From contig OX597822.1 of assembly GCA_951406725.2 (NCBI GenBank), positions 84,196,001-84,260,000 of the forward strand: a DNA stretch of 64,000 nucleotides. Direction: 5' to 3'. Positions within the stretch are counted from its first letter, which is position 1. Each line of letters begins with the position of its first letter. The notes under the pieces are model-generated. The model had not been told where the DNA came from. It saw only the letters and a program-made list of their open reading frames with translations, and ran no database searches. The DNA comes from Octopus vulgaris (Eukaryota). Positions 25,185 to 39,312 of the stretch are shown here, one piece after another. A program made the position numbers and the translations under genes.

Positions 25185-25680
25185 GATGTATCTCTGGAGA
25201 GGGATTATGCCCATAATAAACACACGCACTGGTTCTGTTTCACTTCTTTGCTTTTATTTCGCAGCTGGTTAACCAATCAACCAATTAAGTAATTGATCGT
25301 TTGATTAATCTTTTGGTCAATCAATCGGGTAGATTTATCAAAGCCCTTTCGCTGCCATTTGCGATCTCATAAGCGACATTCCCTTTCTAGATACAGACAG
25401 GTAGACTGAAACCTGGAATGGAGAGGGTATGTCATTGATGCGGTCACGAATGGCGACGAAAGGATTTCGACAAACGTAGCTGATTGATTAATTGACCGAG
25501 CGATTAATTAAATAATCCATTAGTTAATTGGCTAAATGGTTAACCAATTGACAAATAAATAATAAAGAAATAAAATATAAGCAGTGCGTGTGTTAGTTAG
25601 GGCATATGACCCTCCCGAGATACAGCAAAATTCGTTTCAACATACGAGTTCACATCAAGATTTTTGCAAAACAAATTTAA
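25185..25680. mobile_element. Older palindromic element related to the 2708 family, with a decayed hammerhead in each arm
   Basis: Arms tgtatctctggagagggattatgccc..aaacacacgcactg and cagtgcgtgtgtt..gggcatatgaccctcccgagataca. Motifs ttgatgc-ggtcac..gcgac-gaaa (25431-25471, +) and cttatga..gaaa (25337-25377, -). Confidence 0.6.
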
Positions 25681-26228
25681 AAAAAACGAAAAATTACCTA
25701 TATATTATCGCTATCCATCCAAGATCCCTTCTGACTATGCAGCACCTAAGCTTTTATGGCCCTTCCACTGACTCGTTACTGCGCACATGCTAGTTTTTAA
25801 GCTTATTTTTGCCAGCTGGATGGATTGAGAAAGTAAAGTGGCTTGCACGAGACCACAGTCCACATCCCGGACCAGGAAACGATCCTATGATAGTCCAGTT
25901 GCGTAACTACTTGGCAACGTGTCTTCTCCTTGGCTAAACAGACTTCTGATCTGGGCCTGGGGATGTTGTTGGTGTCACTGGTGTTGCTGTTGTCATTATG
26001 GCGCATTGGGCCAGCATCGCCGCGGTTGTTATGTTTTAATACTTACTGCTCTATTCTTTAGAGTATGCTTCTTATTCAGTTATATGTTATATTGACAATA
26101 TATATATATATATGTATATGTTGGTGGTGGCCATCCGTTATTTGATATACGTAATAGCGCATGCGTGTAGGTACGTATGTACGTGCGTCGTGTCGTGTCT
26201 GTGTGTATTCATGTGTCTGTGTATATAT

Positions 26229-26300
<72 letters not shown>

Positions 26301-26442
26301 AACGACATTATTTAATGTGTACAACGGCGTTGGCGTTGTCGGTGGTAGTTGAAGCTGCGGCATTAGCAGTGGCAGCGGTGCTAGGGATGCCGATGAAGGT
26401 AATGATGATGATGATTGTGATGATTGAGGAGGTTGAGCGTTA

Positions 26443-26477
<35 letters not shown>

Positions 26478-27087
26478 ACAGATGATGATGACGAAGGCGA
26501 TGACGAGGATGATAATGATTGCAATAACTATTTTGTGTTTTTTGTTATTATCGTACTTTTTTTTTTAAAGAAGTAATTTTTAAAAATTCCATTTTAATGC
26601 CAGATATTATCAATTTTTAAAAATTGATGGAATTTCGAATACATTGAATGAAGTTGCTGCTTTGTCGACATTTCTGAAATATCATTATATTCTCCTGCCA
26701 AACGAGAAGGCCGCTAACGGTATTTCGTCCGTCTTTACGTTTTGAGTTCAAATTCCGCCGAGGTCGACTTTGCCTTCCATCCTTTCGGGGTGGATTAAAT
26801 AAGTACCAGTTACGCAGTGGGGTCGATATAATCGACTTCATCCATTTGTCTGTCTTTGTTTGTCCACTCTGTGTTCAGCCCCTTGTGGGTAGTAAAGAAA
26901 TAAGTATTTTGTCCGTCTTTACGTTTTGAGTTCAAATTCCGCCGAGGTCGACTTTGCCTTCCATCCTTTCGGGGTGGATTAAATAAGTACCAGTTACGCA
27001 GTGGGGTCGATGTAATCGACTTAATCCCTTTGTCTCTCCTTGTTTGTTCCCTCTATGTTTAGCCCCTGTAGGCAATAAAGAGATTAC

Positions 27088-27169
<82 letters not shown>

Positions 27170-27381
27170 TCATTGAGTAACTAATACCTTTCTTTAGTCA
27201 AAGCGTTATTATGGTCGATCATATTTCTAATGCTTCCTGCACTCAATACTTTAACATTCACTTTAAGTGAGTGTTAAGCGAATGCTCCAAAGCTCGCCTA
27301 AAATGATGTATACATCTAAAGAGATGTACGTGTGTATGTATGTTTGTATGTATGTGTGTATGTAGGCATGTATGAATTTAC

Positions 27382-27420
<39 letters not shown>

Positions 27421-27507
27421 AAGAATTCACAAAAAAGCAAAAGACGAAGCCGGGTGGTGTAGACAACAAACAGATGTATTAGTTTAATGCTCGGGAAGTG
27501 AAGAAGT

Positions 27508-27543
27508 CTTTGACGTTTCGAGCCTACGCTCTTCCACAGAAAG
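27508..27543 (-). ncRNA. Hammerhead-like motif with variant core (CUGUGGA)
   Basis: Reverse complement CUUU-CUGUGGA-A-GAGC-guag-GCUC-GAAA-CG-UC-AAAG. Stems I and II are perfect; A6->U. Confidence 0.62.
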
Positions 27544-27697
27544 GAACACAGAAAGAAACAAGGAGAGAGAATAAAGAATGTGTAGTGGCTGGCGATCTGT
27601 ATATATATGCACGCATGTATGCATGCATGCATATATGTATGGATGGATGTGTGTATGAGTGCCTATATAAACAGGGAGACATGGACAAACAAATATT

Positions 27698-27749
<52 letters not shown>

Positions 27750-27762
27750 TAGACAGACAGAC

Positions 27763-27848
<86 letters not shown>

Positions 27849-28028
27849 GTAGGCAGGCAGGCAGGCAGGCAGATAGATAGATAGAAATAACTTTATTGGC
27901 AACACAGGGGACAAAGACAGATAGATCGATGGACAGAGACAGACAGACAGGCATACAGATAGATAGATAGATAGATAAATAGACAGACAGACAGACAGAC
28001 AGACAGATAGACAGACAGACAGATAGAC

Positions 28029-28473
<445 letters not shown>

Positions 28474-28514
28474 GTTAAAGCAATTTCAAAAATAAATAGC
28501 AGTGACTATGTTAC

Positions 28515-28582
28515 CGCAAGAAGGTAGTTGTTCTTTCTAGAACATTGCAACTGTTCATCAGACAACGAAAGCTGGACTGTAT
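28515..28582 (-). CDS. Coding exon 4 (IQSSFRCLMNSCNVLERTTTFL + CG)
   Basis: Acceptor ttattctgtttcag|, donor CG|GTAACA, 68 nt, phase 0->2. The CG joins the T of exon 5 to give Arg. Confidence 0.8.
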
Positions 28583-30658
28583 CTGAAACAGAATAAACAA
28601 ATATATATATATATTCCAGCATTGTACAAGCTGCCTTTGTGACCGGAAATGTCTATCGAGATGGCGCATTTTGGGTCCAATCGAAGGGACAATTCCAATG
28701 AGCTAAATACCTATTTTTCCTTGCGTTTAACTTCCACGAATTTCGTGAGGCGTTTTACAACAGCCCTAAGACCCACAATTTGGATATGATACTTTTACGT
28801 TTCTAGTAACCAACAGACCGTACCATACTTTGTCCCTTTTTACATGGAATAAAACAAAATAAAACAAAATAAAAAGCAGCAGATTACAAGGAGGTGTGAA
28901 GGGGTTTGGTTTTCTGTAATAGATTTATGGATATAAAAGTTTTGAAGGTTCTTTGATGTAAGAGATTAAGAGAACATAAAGGGTTTATGGATATGAAAGC
29001 TGATATAAAAGTATACAGATAAGGAGTTATGTTAATGTAAATGCAGAACATCGGTTTAATGATGATATTTTAAAACAAATATTTGTTTTCGTATCCTCAT
29101 GTGTGCATGTATGTATGTATGTATGTATGTATGTATGTATGTATGTATGTATGTATGTATGTATGTATGTATGTGTGTGTGTGTATGTATGTGCAGATTT
29201 GTATGTTTTATGTATGTGTTCTCATGCATATAGTTACGTATCAAGACATGCGCATACATATTTAAATGATTAACTTTTGGAAAGTTTTACAGATTTTTAC
29301 AGTTCCAGTGATGGATTGGATCTGTAGCATTCTCCTTTCTGGTTTTGAGAAGCCTAATTTCTCAAGATTTGTATTTAGGCAGTGTATTACATATCACAGG
29401 GCCCCCAAAATTCCAGATATGTATGTATGTACGTACGTACGTATGTATGTATGTATGTATGTATGTATGTATGTATGTATGTATGTATGTATGTATGTAT
29501 GTATGTATGTATGTATCTATGTATGTATGTATGTAAACGACATGCAAACGTACATGAAGCCCAGTTACAACTACAGCCGGCCATTACCAGTAAAGGTTTT
29601 AGTTGCCAATTTTGTACAAGACATTGTAGATCTTTAGCTAAAAAGTCACATTCGATCACAGCACCAGTAACAGTTAAGCTTCGTACAATGGCCATACTCG
29701 ATAACGAGGGGGCAGCCATAATGTATGTATGTATGTATCTATGTATGTATGTATGTATGTATGTATGTATGTATGTATGTATGTATGTATGTATGTATGT
29801 ATGTATGTATGTGCGTGAGTGTCTGTCTGTTTATCCATCTGTTTTACTTTTAATATAAAAATAAAGTACCTGAAACCTATTGAAAACTGAAATGACAGAA
29901 ATAATAGATTACAAAGTTAATGATGTGAGCAGCTCCGATCCTGAAAGCTTACCCTATAAATCACTCGTGACAGAGAAGCTTTTATGTGTTTGATTAATTA
30001 ATATTTACCGGATGTTACTCAAATTGATGTGTCACTGTCATTTAGTATGTTAGTCTTGGTAACTGGCTTTTCAATATATATTTATCAAGGTCTTTATGTT
30101 TTGTGTACGTTAGTTTCTGTATTTAATCGAAATAAATCAATCTTCATTTCAAAACATGCTGCTTCCAAATAATAAGCATGTGGCTAGTGGAGACCAGGTC
30201 TCAGTTTCGATACCGCAGCATTCTCCTTTCAAATATAACACTGATATGAGCGAGTCAACGGGTGCACACCTGTGCATTCGAACGATCCCTCAGATATAGT
30301 TGCTAAATTCTCACAGCTTGCTACCTTAAGAAGGGAGGACATCTTGGACCATCTATTTCTAGATTCAATGTGCGAAATTAATATGGAATTCATTGCAGGA
30401 AGTGTGCGAGACGCTTTGGCGCGGTCGTTTTCGTGTCACTGATTTGATGCTGACTTATTTGACATAAGACGTTTCAATGTTTCCGTCGTTCTCTTTCTCT
30501 ATCACTTTCTCTCTCTCTCTCTCTCTCTCTCACTCTCTCTCTCTCCCTCTCTCTCTCTGTGGTATGTGTGAGCATATTTGTTTTATGTGTATGAGGAGAG
30601 TGAAAATGTTTATGTCAGTTGTTTTCAATTAATAAATTGTAATTTATCTCCTTTTTTG

Positions 30659-30702
<44 letters not shown>

Positions 30703-31197
30703 TATCTATCTATCTATTTCTCATACTTTATATCTGTACTTTTTGAAAGCATAGTACTTCTTCTATCGATCTCTTTGGCCGAACCGCTAAGTTACGGGAA
30801 CGTAAACACACCAGCATTGGTTGTCCAGCGATAGTGAAAGACAAACACAGGCACACAAACATATACATATATATATATATATACGACGGACTTCTTTCGG
30901 TTACCATCTACCAAATCCTTTCCTTTCACGAGTCTTTGGTCGGCCCGAGGCAATAGTAGAAGACACTGGTACACACTGAGCTATCCAGGAGCTCCCGACC
31001 GTTTGGAAAGGGCACATTTGGAAATGCACTTCTAGATACACGGTATCCTACGTATAAGACTAGATTACTACGTGTTCAATTTGAACTGGGACGAAACAAA
31101 AGCAGCAACAACTGGTTCATACTTTATCGATCGGAAAGAAATGAATACGAAAGTCGATTCTGACCACATATCGACAAATAACTTAGTCACCTACTAC

Positions 31198-31415
31198 CTG
31201 CTGCTATTGCTGTTGTTGTTGTTGTTGTTGTTGTTGTTGGTAGTGGTGGTGGTGGTGGTGGTGGTGGTGGTGGTGGTGGTGGTGGTGGTGGTGGTGGTGG
31301 TGGTGGTGGTGGTGGTGGTGGTGGTGGTGGTGGTGGTGGTGGTGGTGGTGGTGGTGGTGGGTGGCGGCGGCGGCGGCGGCGGTGGTGATAGTGGTGGTGG
31401 TGGTGGTGGTGGTGG

Positions 31416-31476
<61 letters not shown>

Positions 31477-31503
31477 GCTGCTGCTGCTGCCGCTGCTGCT
31501 GCG
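31198..31503. repeat. Compound trinucleotide microsatellite (GTT)n-(GTG)n-(GGC)n-(GCT)n
   Basis: Read directly. Representative of many (TA)n, (CA)n, (GATA)n, (CATA)n and (ATT)n tracts in the window. Confidence 0.95.
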
Positions 31504-31840
31504 CCTTCGGGTGTTTTACCTGACCGTGTAGACCTTCTCTAAAGGTGCTCTGGCCTAGTAAGATTATCTAGCGTAACCTTCCCCTTTCTTTTTAAGATAC
31601 ATGGTAGGGTGTGATTTGAAGGAGATTTGACTATTATTTGCAGTAGATCGTCCCACCAGGAAGAGTCTCTTTTCTTGGTTTATTATTATATGCAATATTT
31701 CCACTGCGTTAATAAGCTTGTCTTCGAATTTCTTCTATTAACTAATCGAAGACGTTGAGGGTTAGTCAGCGCCCACACCTGATAACCTATTGTTCGTGCA
31801 TGCAACCCCTCCATTTATATATACTGGTTTCAAATTTTGG

Positions 31841-32386
31841 CACAAGGCCAGCAATTTCAGAGGTGCTGGGTAAGTCGATTACATTGACCCCAACGCTCAA
31901 ATTGTACTTATTTTATCGACCCCGAAAGGATAAAAAGCAAAGTCGACCTCGGCAGTACTTGAATTCAGAACGTAAAGACACAGGCCAGCAATTTCAGAGG
32001 TGCTGGGTAAGTCGATTACATTGACCCCAGCGCTCAAATGGTATTTAATTTATCGACCCCGAAAGGATAAAAAGCAAAGTCGACCTCGGCAGTATTTGAA
32101 CTCAGAACGTAAAGACACAAGGCCAACAATTTCAGAGGTGCTGGGTAAGTCGATTACATTGACCCCAGTGCTCAAATAGTACTTATTTTATCGACCCCGA
32201 AAGGATTAAAAGCAAAGTCGACCTCGGCAATATTTGAACTCAGAACGTAAAGACACAAGGCCAGCAATTTCAGAGGTGCTGGGTAAGTCGATTACATTGA
32301 CCCCAGTGCTCAAATAGTACTTATTTTATCGACCCTGAAAGGATAAAAAGCAAAGTCGACCTCGGCAGTATTTGAACTCAGAACGT
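31841..32386 (-). repeat. Tandem array of four ~138-bp units derived from the SINE family B body
   Basis: ggccagcaatttcagaggtgctgggtaagtcg recurs at 31846, 31983, 32121 and 32259. Confidence 0.9.
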
Positions 32387-33040
32387 CAGGCGTGTGGACG
32401 ATTCTGTCGGCTCACCACCTTCCTCCATTGCTATATTAGCACCTATTTTCGAGCTGAACGTAGTGGGTGTGGCTAGGGTCTTATTTGTCTTCAGGCATTA
32501 AATAACGCAGTAATAGAAAAGAAAATATAAGGTGATCTTGGCGAGGTAGGACATAAAACTGCTGATCCCGCATCTACTCAGTCCATACACACACTCATAC
32601 ACTTACATTCGTTCACTTGCACACGCACACCACCACCACCACCACCACCATTCCCTCACACTCCTTTTCTTCTGCCCCCACTAAGCAAGCTGTGTGACTC
32701 TAACTGTGCAGTTATTAATGTTACCAAACAAAACACAACGTACAATATAGTAGGATTGCCATTGTGGAACATTTACTTAACAGCCGTATTGAAAGAAATG
32801 ATTCGATCAAGATCGCCGCAAGATAATGTTTAAAAATTTAAATAAACAACAAGAGACGAGAAAACTAGACGGTGTTGGGCGGGGACTTGTTTTAAGAGGT
32901 TTCTTTTTTGCTATTGTATTTTATTTATTTATCCTTTTATTTTATTTTCCACAATATGTTGCTAAAAATCAATCAATTTAAGAGATACTGTTCAACACGG
33001 ATTATTTAAGATTATAACAATTCAATTTAACAATCCAATC

Positions 33041-33092
<52 letters not shown>

Positions 33093-33604
33093 GCCCTGGT
33101 GCAGTACTAGGTAGTTGCTCTCATGGTTTTTCATCTTAACTAATTGGAAGTGTTATTATATACATTGTTTTGTTTTGGTATAAAAGATGGGCTAACAGCA
33201 AATATTCTGCTCAATACCAGATTTGCTTGTCAGTTGTTTGACCTTAACTAGTTGAGCATGTCCATTGGTGGCTGATGATATGTGCATCTCTGATAACGAG
33301 CAGAAGTAGCAGGGGAGCATCATAGTCATGTGCTGAGAGGAATTCTTTGGGGTTTGAATAATTCACCTTTGGAAATATGGCGGTTTCGTTTAATATATCC
33401 TTAAACAACCCTATTTCAGGGACCTTTTGAACGGGATAGGCTACTCGACCTGAAGAAAATTCTCTAGCTGGGCCCCACCTGCATATGCCTTGTGCATCCT
33501 TAACAGACGGGTAGTCGTGGCGGGTATACTGGGCTTCGTATATTTCTACCCCAGTGTCACTTTGATGGCATGCACTGCTCTCTCACTCAGCAATTAAAAT
33601 AGGA

Positions 33605-33800
33605 ATATAAATGAAATTGGAAGAGTTCCCAGCGGAACTCTTACGAAAGGTTTACCTCCTTGGCACAGCCAGAATAATCAGGAAAGTATTAGATAACTGA
33701 AAAGAATGAATAGTATGGTACCGAAGGCTACAGGAAGCAAGCCCGCTACGCATGCAATACTCCAGGCGTTCCAAGAAAACCTATGATAAAGATAAAATAT
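33605..33800 (+). mobile_element. R4/Dong-like LINE 3' end
   Basis: ELLRKVYLLGTARIIRKVLDN*, then a short UTR and an A/TAA-rich tail. Confidence 0.65.
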
Positions 33801-33807
33801 AAATAAT

Positions 33808-34177
33808 AACAAGAGCACTCAGACAGCGCAAAGCTCCGCCAAGGCAACACCAATGTCCTCTTAACAATTAGCCAGAGATGATTTTTACAATGAAAATATC
33901 TTAAATAATCTCAATTGTTCTCGCAAACGAGAATACTAACAATGAACCCGATCGCTCTCAAAAATTAAGTAAAAAAAAAAATAGGAAAAGTAATCCAGAA
34001 TCCTTGCCCAGAACCGGATCGATCCCAAAACCTAATCAGTTCGTGTCAGTCACAAGGCCAAACATTTCTGGAAGTTTCATCTGAATCCATCCAGCGGTAC
34101 TTGAGATATCTTGTCTACGGACAAACAAACAAATACGACTGAAAACAATACCTCCGCCTTCGCTAAGGCGGAGGTAA
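33808..34177 (+). mobile_element. Non-autonomous Helentron/HINE-like element
   Basis: 5' aacaagagcactcagacagcgcaaagctccgccaagg and a 3' 12-bp hairpin tacctccgcctt-cgct-aaggcggaggta. The subterminal ctccgcc/ggcggag inverted repeat is present. Confidence 0.65.
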
Positions 34178-34471
34178 TAATGGTTTCAAATTTTGGCACA
34201 AAACCAGCAATTTAAGAGGCGAGCTAGGTCGATTAAATTGACCTCACTGGCACTTATTTTATCGACCCCGAAAAGATGAAAGACAGTCGACATCGGCGGA
34301 ATCTGAACTCAGAGCATAATGATGGGTTAAATGCTGCCAAGCATTTTGCCTGGCCTGCTAATGACACGCCGCCTTAATAATAATATTAATAATAATTTTA
34401 ACATGGCCAGATGTTTACGAATTTATTTTTATCGTTCTGTACTTCTATGATGAATAAAACGAAATACTTAC

Positions 34472-34513
34472 CAAACCGGTCCGGCTATTACACTGGTCAA
34501 CCTCCTGCACCTG
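34472..34513 (-). CDS. Coding exon 3, micro-exon ((Q)VQEVDQCNSRTGL)
   Basis: Acceptor ctattctccacaacag|cag| (tandem NAGNAG, 42 or 39 nt), donor TTG|GTAAGT, phase 0->0. Confidence 0.72.
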
Positions 34514-35187
34514 CTGTTGTGGAGAATAGAATATTTACTAAATGAATCATTGAAAAACACATTTCATAAATTAGCTTTCAAAATAAAATAACTTAATAAC
34601 GTTGTTGTTGTTACTAATGTTCACGTGGTTAATTATCGTTCTTGTTATTGTTGTTGATGATGTTGAAGTTGATGCACTTTTAATTGCTTTGTTATTGTTG
34701 TAGTTGATGATGTTGCTGCTGCTGCTGCTGTTTATGTTGTTGTTTCTGTTATTGCTGTTGTCGTTGTTGTTCATACACTGATTAGCAATAGCTGATCCAA
34801 GCAAAAGATTGTCAAAAGCATTTCAGCCGTGACCATCCCGTCTCACTATCCGCGCATAGTGTATCGAAAGCCACACGATCTAGCGCGCTAGAGTGCAATT
34901 TCCGTGTAATTTGGGTGCTCTTTCTAGCAGATCGAGTGGACCATGTAAGGGTTCTCTCGTTATCTTGCAGGCATATTAATGTAGGAGTCTTCGAATATGT
35001 GGTGGTTAGGGGCCCACACCTTATCCAGTTGGGGATATGGAAGGAATATAATTTGAAATAAAAGTTGCTCTGTTCGTAATAAGTCAAATGAACATATATG
35101 CTATAACATGTCACTGGGATACAGAGGTCTTTGAGATGTGTACCCTAGCATCAATCTCTAGCGATGTGCTAGGGAACATCTCCTTGA

Positions 35188-35221
<34 letters not shown>

Positions 35222-35429
35222 ATGTGTGCGTGTTTTGGGATGCCGTTGGTAGTCCTCTTTATTGCTAATCGATGTTTCTCGCGCGTAAAACACACGTGAT
35301 AAGTTAGATAACATTTAACCATTTCATTATACGAGTGTGTACGGAAATATGCCTTAGTAAAAAAGGAAAAAAATTCTTTCGTGCAAATCTGACCCTGATA
35401 CATACGATACAGCTATGGGTCAGACCCGA

Positions 35430-35880
35430 TTCTGATTGGTCAACAAGTTGATGACGTCTAGCTCTGCTAGAATGGACAGGATACAAACAGGGGACAGTCA
35501 TTAGTCAGAATATTGATGACGTCCTTTTCTGCTTGACTAGTCACCTAACAAGTACAGACAGGGGGCAGATCTAATGTAGCTATAAGTCGTGATTGGGCAG
35601 AATCTGGATGACGTCCCGTTCTGCTTGACTAACGAAGCGACTGGTCAAAACAGGAAACAAACAAGAGGCAGTTATAATGCAGCGATTGGTCAAAATGAGG
35701 ATGACGTCCCGTTCTGCTTGAATAAAGCCACCTAACGAAACGATTGGTCAAAACGTTGATGACGTCACGCTACGCTGGATTGACCACCTAACAGGCATTA
35801 TAAAACCGAGCACTTCACAAAACTCACTAGAACCACCCAGCGAACATCCACCATGGGTCATCACAATTGCTTAAGGTAAA
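35430..35880 (+). promoter_or_regulatory. Putative RNA pol II promoter: five ATTGG-N10-GATGACGTC modules, TATA box, Inr-like site
   Basis: Modules at 35435, 35500 (ATTAG), 35592, 35685 and 35743. TATAAAA at 35799, TCACT at 35824, ccaccATGG at 35853, AAG|GTAAAA at 35876. Confidence 0.6.
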
Positions 35881-36220
35881 AATGAATTCCTCGCTCTTTC
35901 GGAAACATCAATCTTCTGTATTGACCGCTTTCCACCACTTTGATCTGTTTTTTGTATTGAATACGTATCGCCACCGTGGGCCACTGCATCGAACACTTTG
36001 AACATATACTTCAAACTATATATCAACTATACATGAACTCTAAGATGTCTGACTCCGTTGTGTATTATAAATGAATTTCTTGTGTTTGACGGCATGAGCT
36101 GTCTTTTTTTATATATAACTTTTTTTGATAAGGTTCATTTCAGGAACTGAAACATGTTATAATGTATATATAAAAATTAAAAATTGTATAATACAGCAGC
36201 ATTTTCGAACTTCATTTTTT

Positions 36221-36289
<69 letters not shown>

Positions 36290-36732
36290 AGCCTCCTTTG
36301 TAGGCAAGTACTTTATACCCAATTTACTACTCCGATTATCTTGACAATATCTATGACCATACCTTGACATGAGCTGTCAACTCACTTTTGTCCTTCATTC
36401 TAAACAGACAGTCCTCTAGTCTTAGATTTAGTAGTTGATAAAACGACAAATAAATTAGAAACGAACCACAATCCTTTACAAGTTATGACCCCAGTAAGCT
36501 TCATGCCTTTCTTGGAAGTGTGGTATATTCTTAGATACAATAGCGTCAACATGGATTTCTTCCATCCTGCTCTGTTAATGTATTTGATTAAAATGATACT
36601 AATGTGTCTGACTGGTTAAAATTCTATTTATTTGTTCAGCTGATTAATGTAATGATTGCATTGTTCAATTATAGGAGTCGCTTGAAACGGTCGTACTACA
36701 TCACTTCTTGATATCTTGTTGCTTATTTTGAT

Positions 36733-37085
<353 letters not shown>

Positions 37086-37169
37086 GGCCCTTATCAGTCG
37101 GCATGACCATTGTGCCACGCAGAGGTACTCAACCCAGAACCATGTGCTTACTTTTTACTCAGCCAGATA

Positions 37170-37209
<40 letters not shown>

Positions 37210-37242
37210 CGAACGCCATGCATCCTTTTCCAAGTTTTATCT

Positions 37243-37337
<95 letters not shown>

Positions 37338-37479
37338 ATTATTAGGGAATATTACTTTCAAGTACACAGGAAAAAGACATTCAAATTAGATGTTCTAAAA
37401 TGAACATCTCTCAATGTTTAATTCGTACATATAAAAGTAATTTTAGAGACAGAACCACCTTCAGCTCAATGAAGACAAA

Positions 37480-37950
37480 GGTTTTATACCCACCACTCCA
37501 TAAATTGCCAAAAGGAATTAAAAACTGCTACTCTTCCGTCCCAGACTACTCAACAGAAGAGGGCCAATCATTCTTCATGACAATGCTCAACTTCACATTT
37601 CACTAATGGCACTCCAGAAGTTGAGGGAACTTGGCTGCGAAGTTCTTCCCCACCCAGCTTATTCCCCAGACCTTTCTCCTACCGAATACCACTTTTCCAA
37701 GCACCTTGATGGTTTCCTGCGAGAGAAGGAGTTCAAAAATCAAACCGATGCTGAAAATGCATTCAAAGTTGTTCATCAGCTCCAGAACTCCAGATTTTTA
37801 TGTTACCGGAATAAACAAACTTGTAACTTGTTGGCAAAAATGTGTTGATTATAATGATACTTACTTTGATAAATAAAATTTCCGCATTGTTGAAATATAT
37901 TGTCATGAATTTCATGTTTCAAAACGTTGCTTACTTTTTACTCAGCCTGA
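37480..37950 (+). mobile_element. mariner (DD34D) 3' remnant
   Basis: GPIILHDNAQLH..LQKLRELGCEVLPHPAYSPDLSPTEYHF, WQKCVDYNDTYFDK*. Terminus ttactttttactcagcctga-ta. Confidence 0.85.
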
Positions 37951-37972
37951 TATATATATTACATAGAAAATA

Positions 37973-38537
37973 TTGGGTTGTCCGGAAAGTTCGAACCGAT
38001 TTTTAAAGGAAAGAAAAAGTCAATAAATACTTGCCATTACATTTTTAATCAACCAAATATGAACCGTATTGTTGCACAATGCCTCTCCATCTTTCCTTTA
38101 CCTTGAAAATGCCCTCTTCCCAGAATTGACGTGGTTTCATGGCAAAGAATTCATCAAGGTGTCTTTTTACGTCATCCAAGGAACTGAAATTTTTACCATT
38201 AAGTCTATGCTGCAAAGACCTGAATAAGTGGAAATCCGAAGAAGCAATATCTGGTGAATATGGAGGGTGGAGTAACACATCCCAGCCGAACTGCAGCAAT
38301 TTTTCTCTGATTCCCAAAGCATCAAGTGCCGAAAAGGAACTTTCTTATCTTCCATTTTAAAGGGTTACAGAATTAACACAGGTTATAGGAACATAAACCT
38401 TCTTCCACGGAAAGATAGCTTAAACTATGCTCTAAATGGAGGTGTAGTCAAATCCTATTTTATGGACCCAACCATGTTCTAAAATAAGTCGAAAGGTAAG
38501 CTACTATAAATCGGCACGAACTTTCCGAACAACCCAA
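37973..38537 (-). mobile_element. Internally deleted mariner with both TIRs
   Basis: TIRs ttgggttgtccggaaagttcgaaccgattt / aaatcggcacgaactttccgaacaacccaa with TA flanks. EKLLQFGWDVLLHPPYSPDIASSDFHLFRSL. Confidence 0.92.
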
Positions 38538-39041
38538 TATATATATGAAAGACACAAAATACATAAATAACGATTTCAATAAATTCAAAAGCCTGCATTA
38601 TGATAGTATAGAAAGAAAAACAAAATGTGTGCTTTTATCTATTGTGAACGGTGGAAAGACTATAATACAACTAAATAATAATGTAGACTTAAATAAAAGT
38701 AATAACCACGTCGAGATATATTTTCTAATAAAATATTTTACGTAATATATTATAATAACGTATGTAGTTTAGCATTTTGTTTTAACATATATGCCTTGAA
38801 AGTTTTCTTCTTTTTTTTTTACATTACTTTAGTCTAGATTACATTAAGTAATATAACTGAACCATTTTTATTGTACACGTTATTAGCTGTTGTTTGCATA
38901 AAGATGATTGTCAGTAATATTTTTTAAGCAATTATTTTGTGTATATGTGTAGACAGACAGACAGATAGATAGGTAGGTAGGTAGTTAGGTAGGTAGGTAG
39001 GTAGGTAGGTAGGTAGGTAGGTAGGTAGGTAAGTAGGTAGG

Positions 39042-39115
<74 letters not shown>

Positions 39116-39281
39116 CGTACATACATACGTACATACATAAATACATACATACATACGTACATGCATGCATACATACATACATACATACATACATACATAC
39201 ATACATGCATGCATGCATGCATGCATGCATACATACATACATACATACATACATACATACATACATACATACATACATACA

Positions 39282-39312
<31 letters not shown>

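Noticed and set aside
25803-26006. 67-aa minus-strand ORF in intron 4
   Set aside because: Largely overlaps decayed SINE-like sequence, has no fitting splice sites, and the gene model is complete without it.
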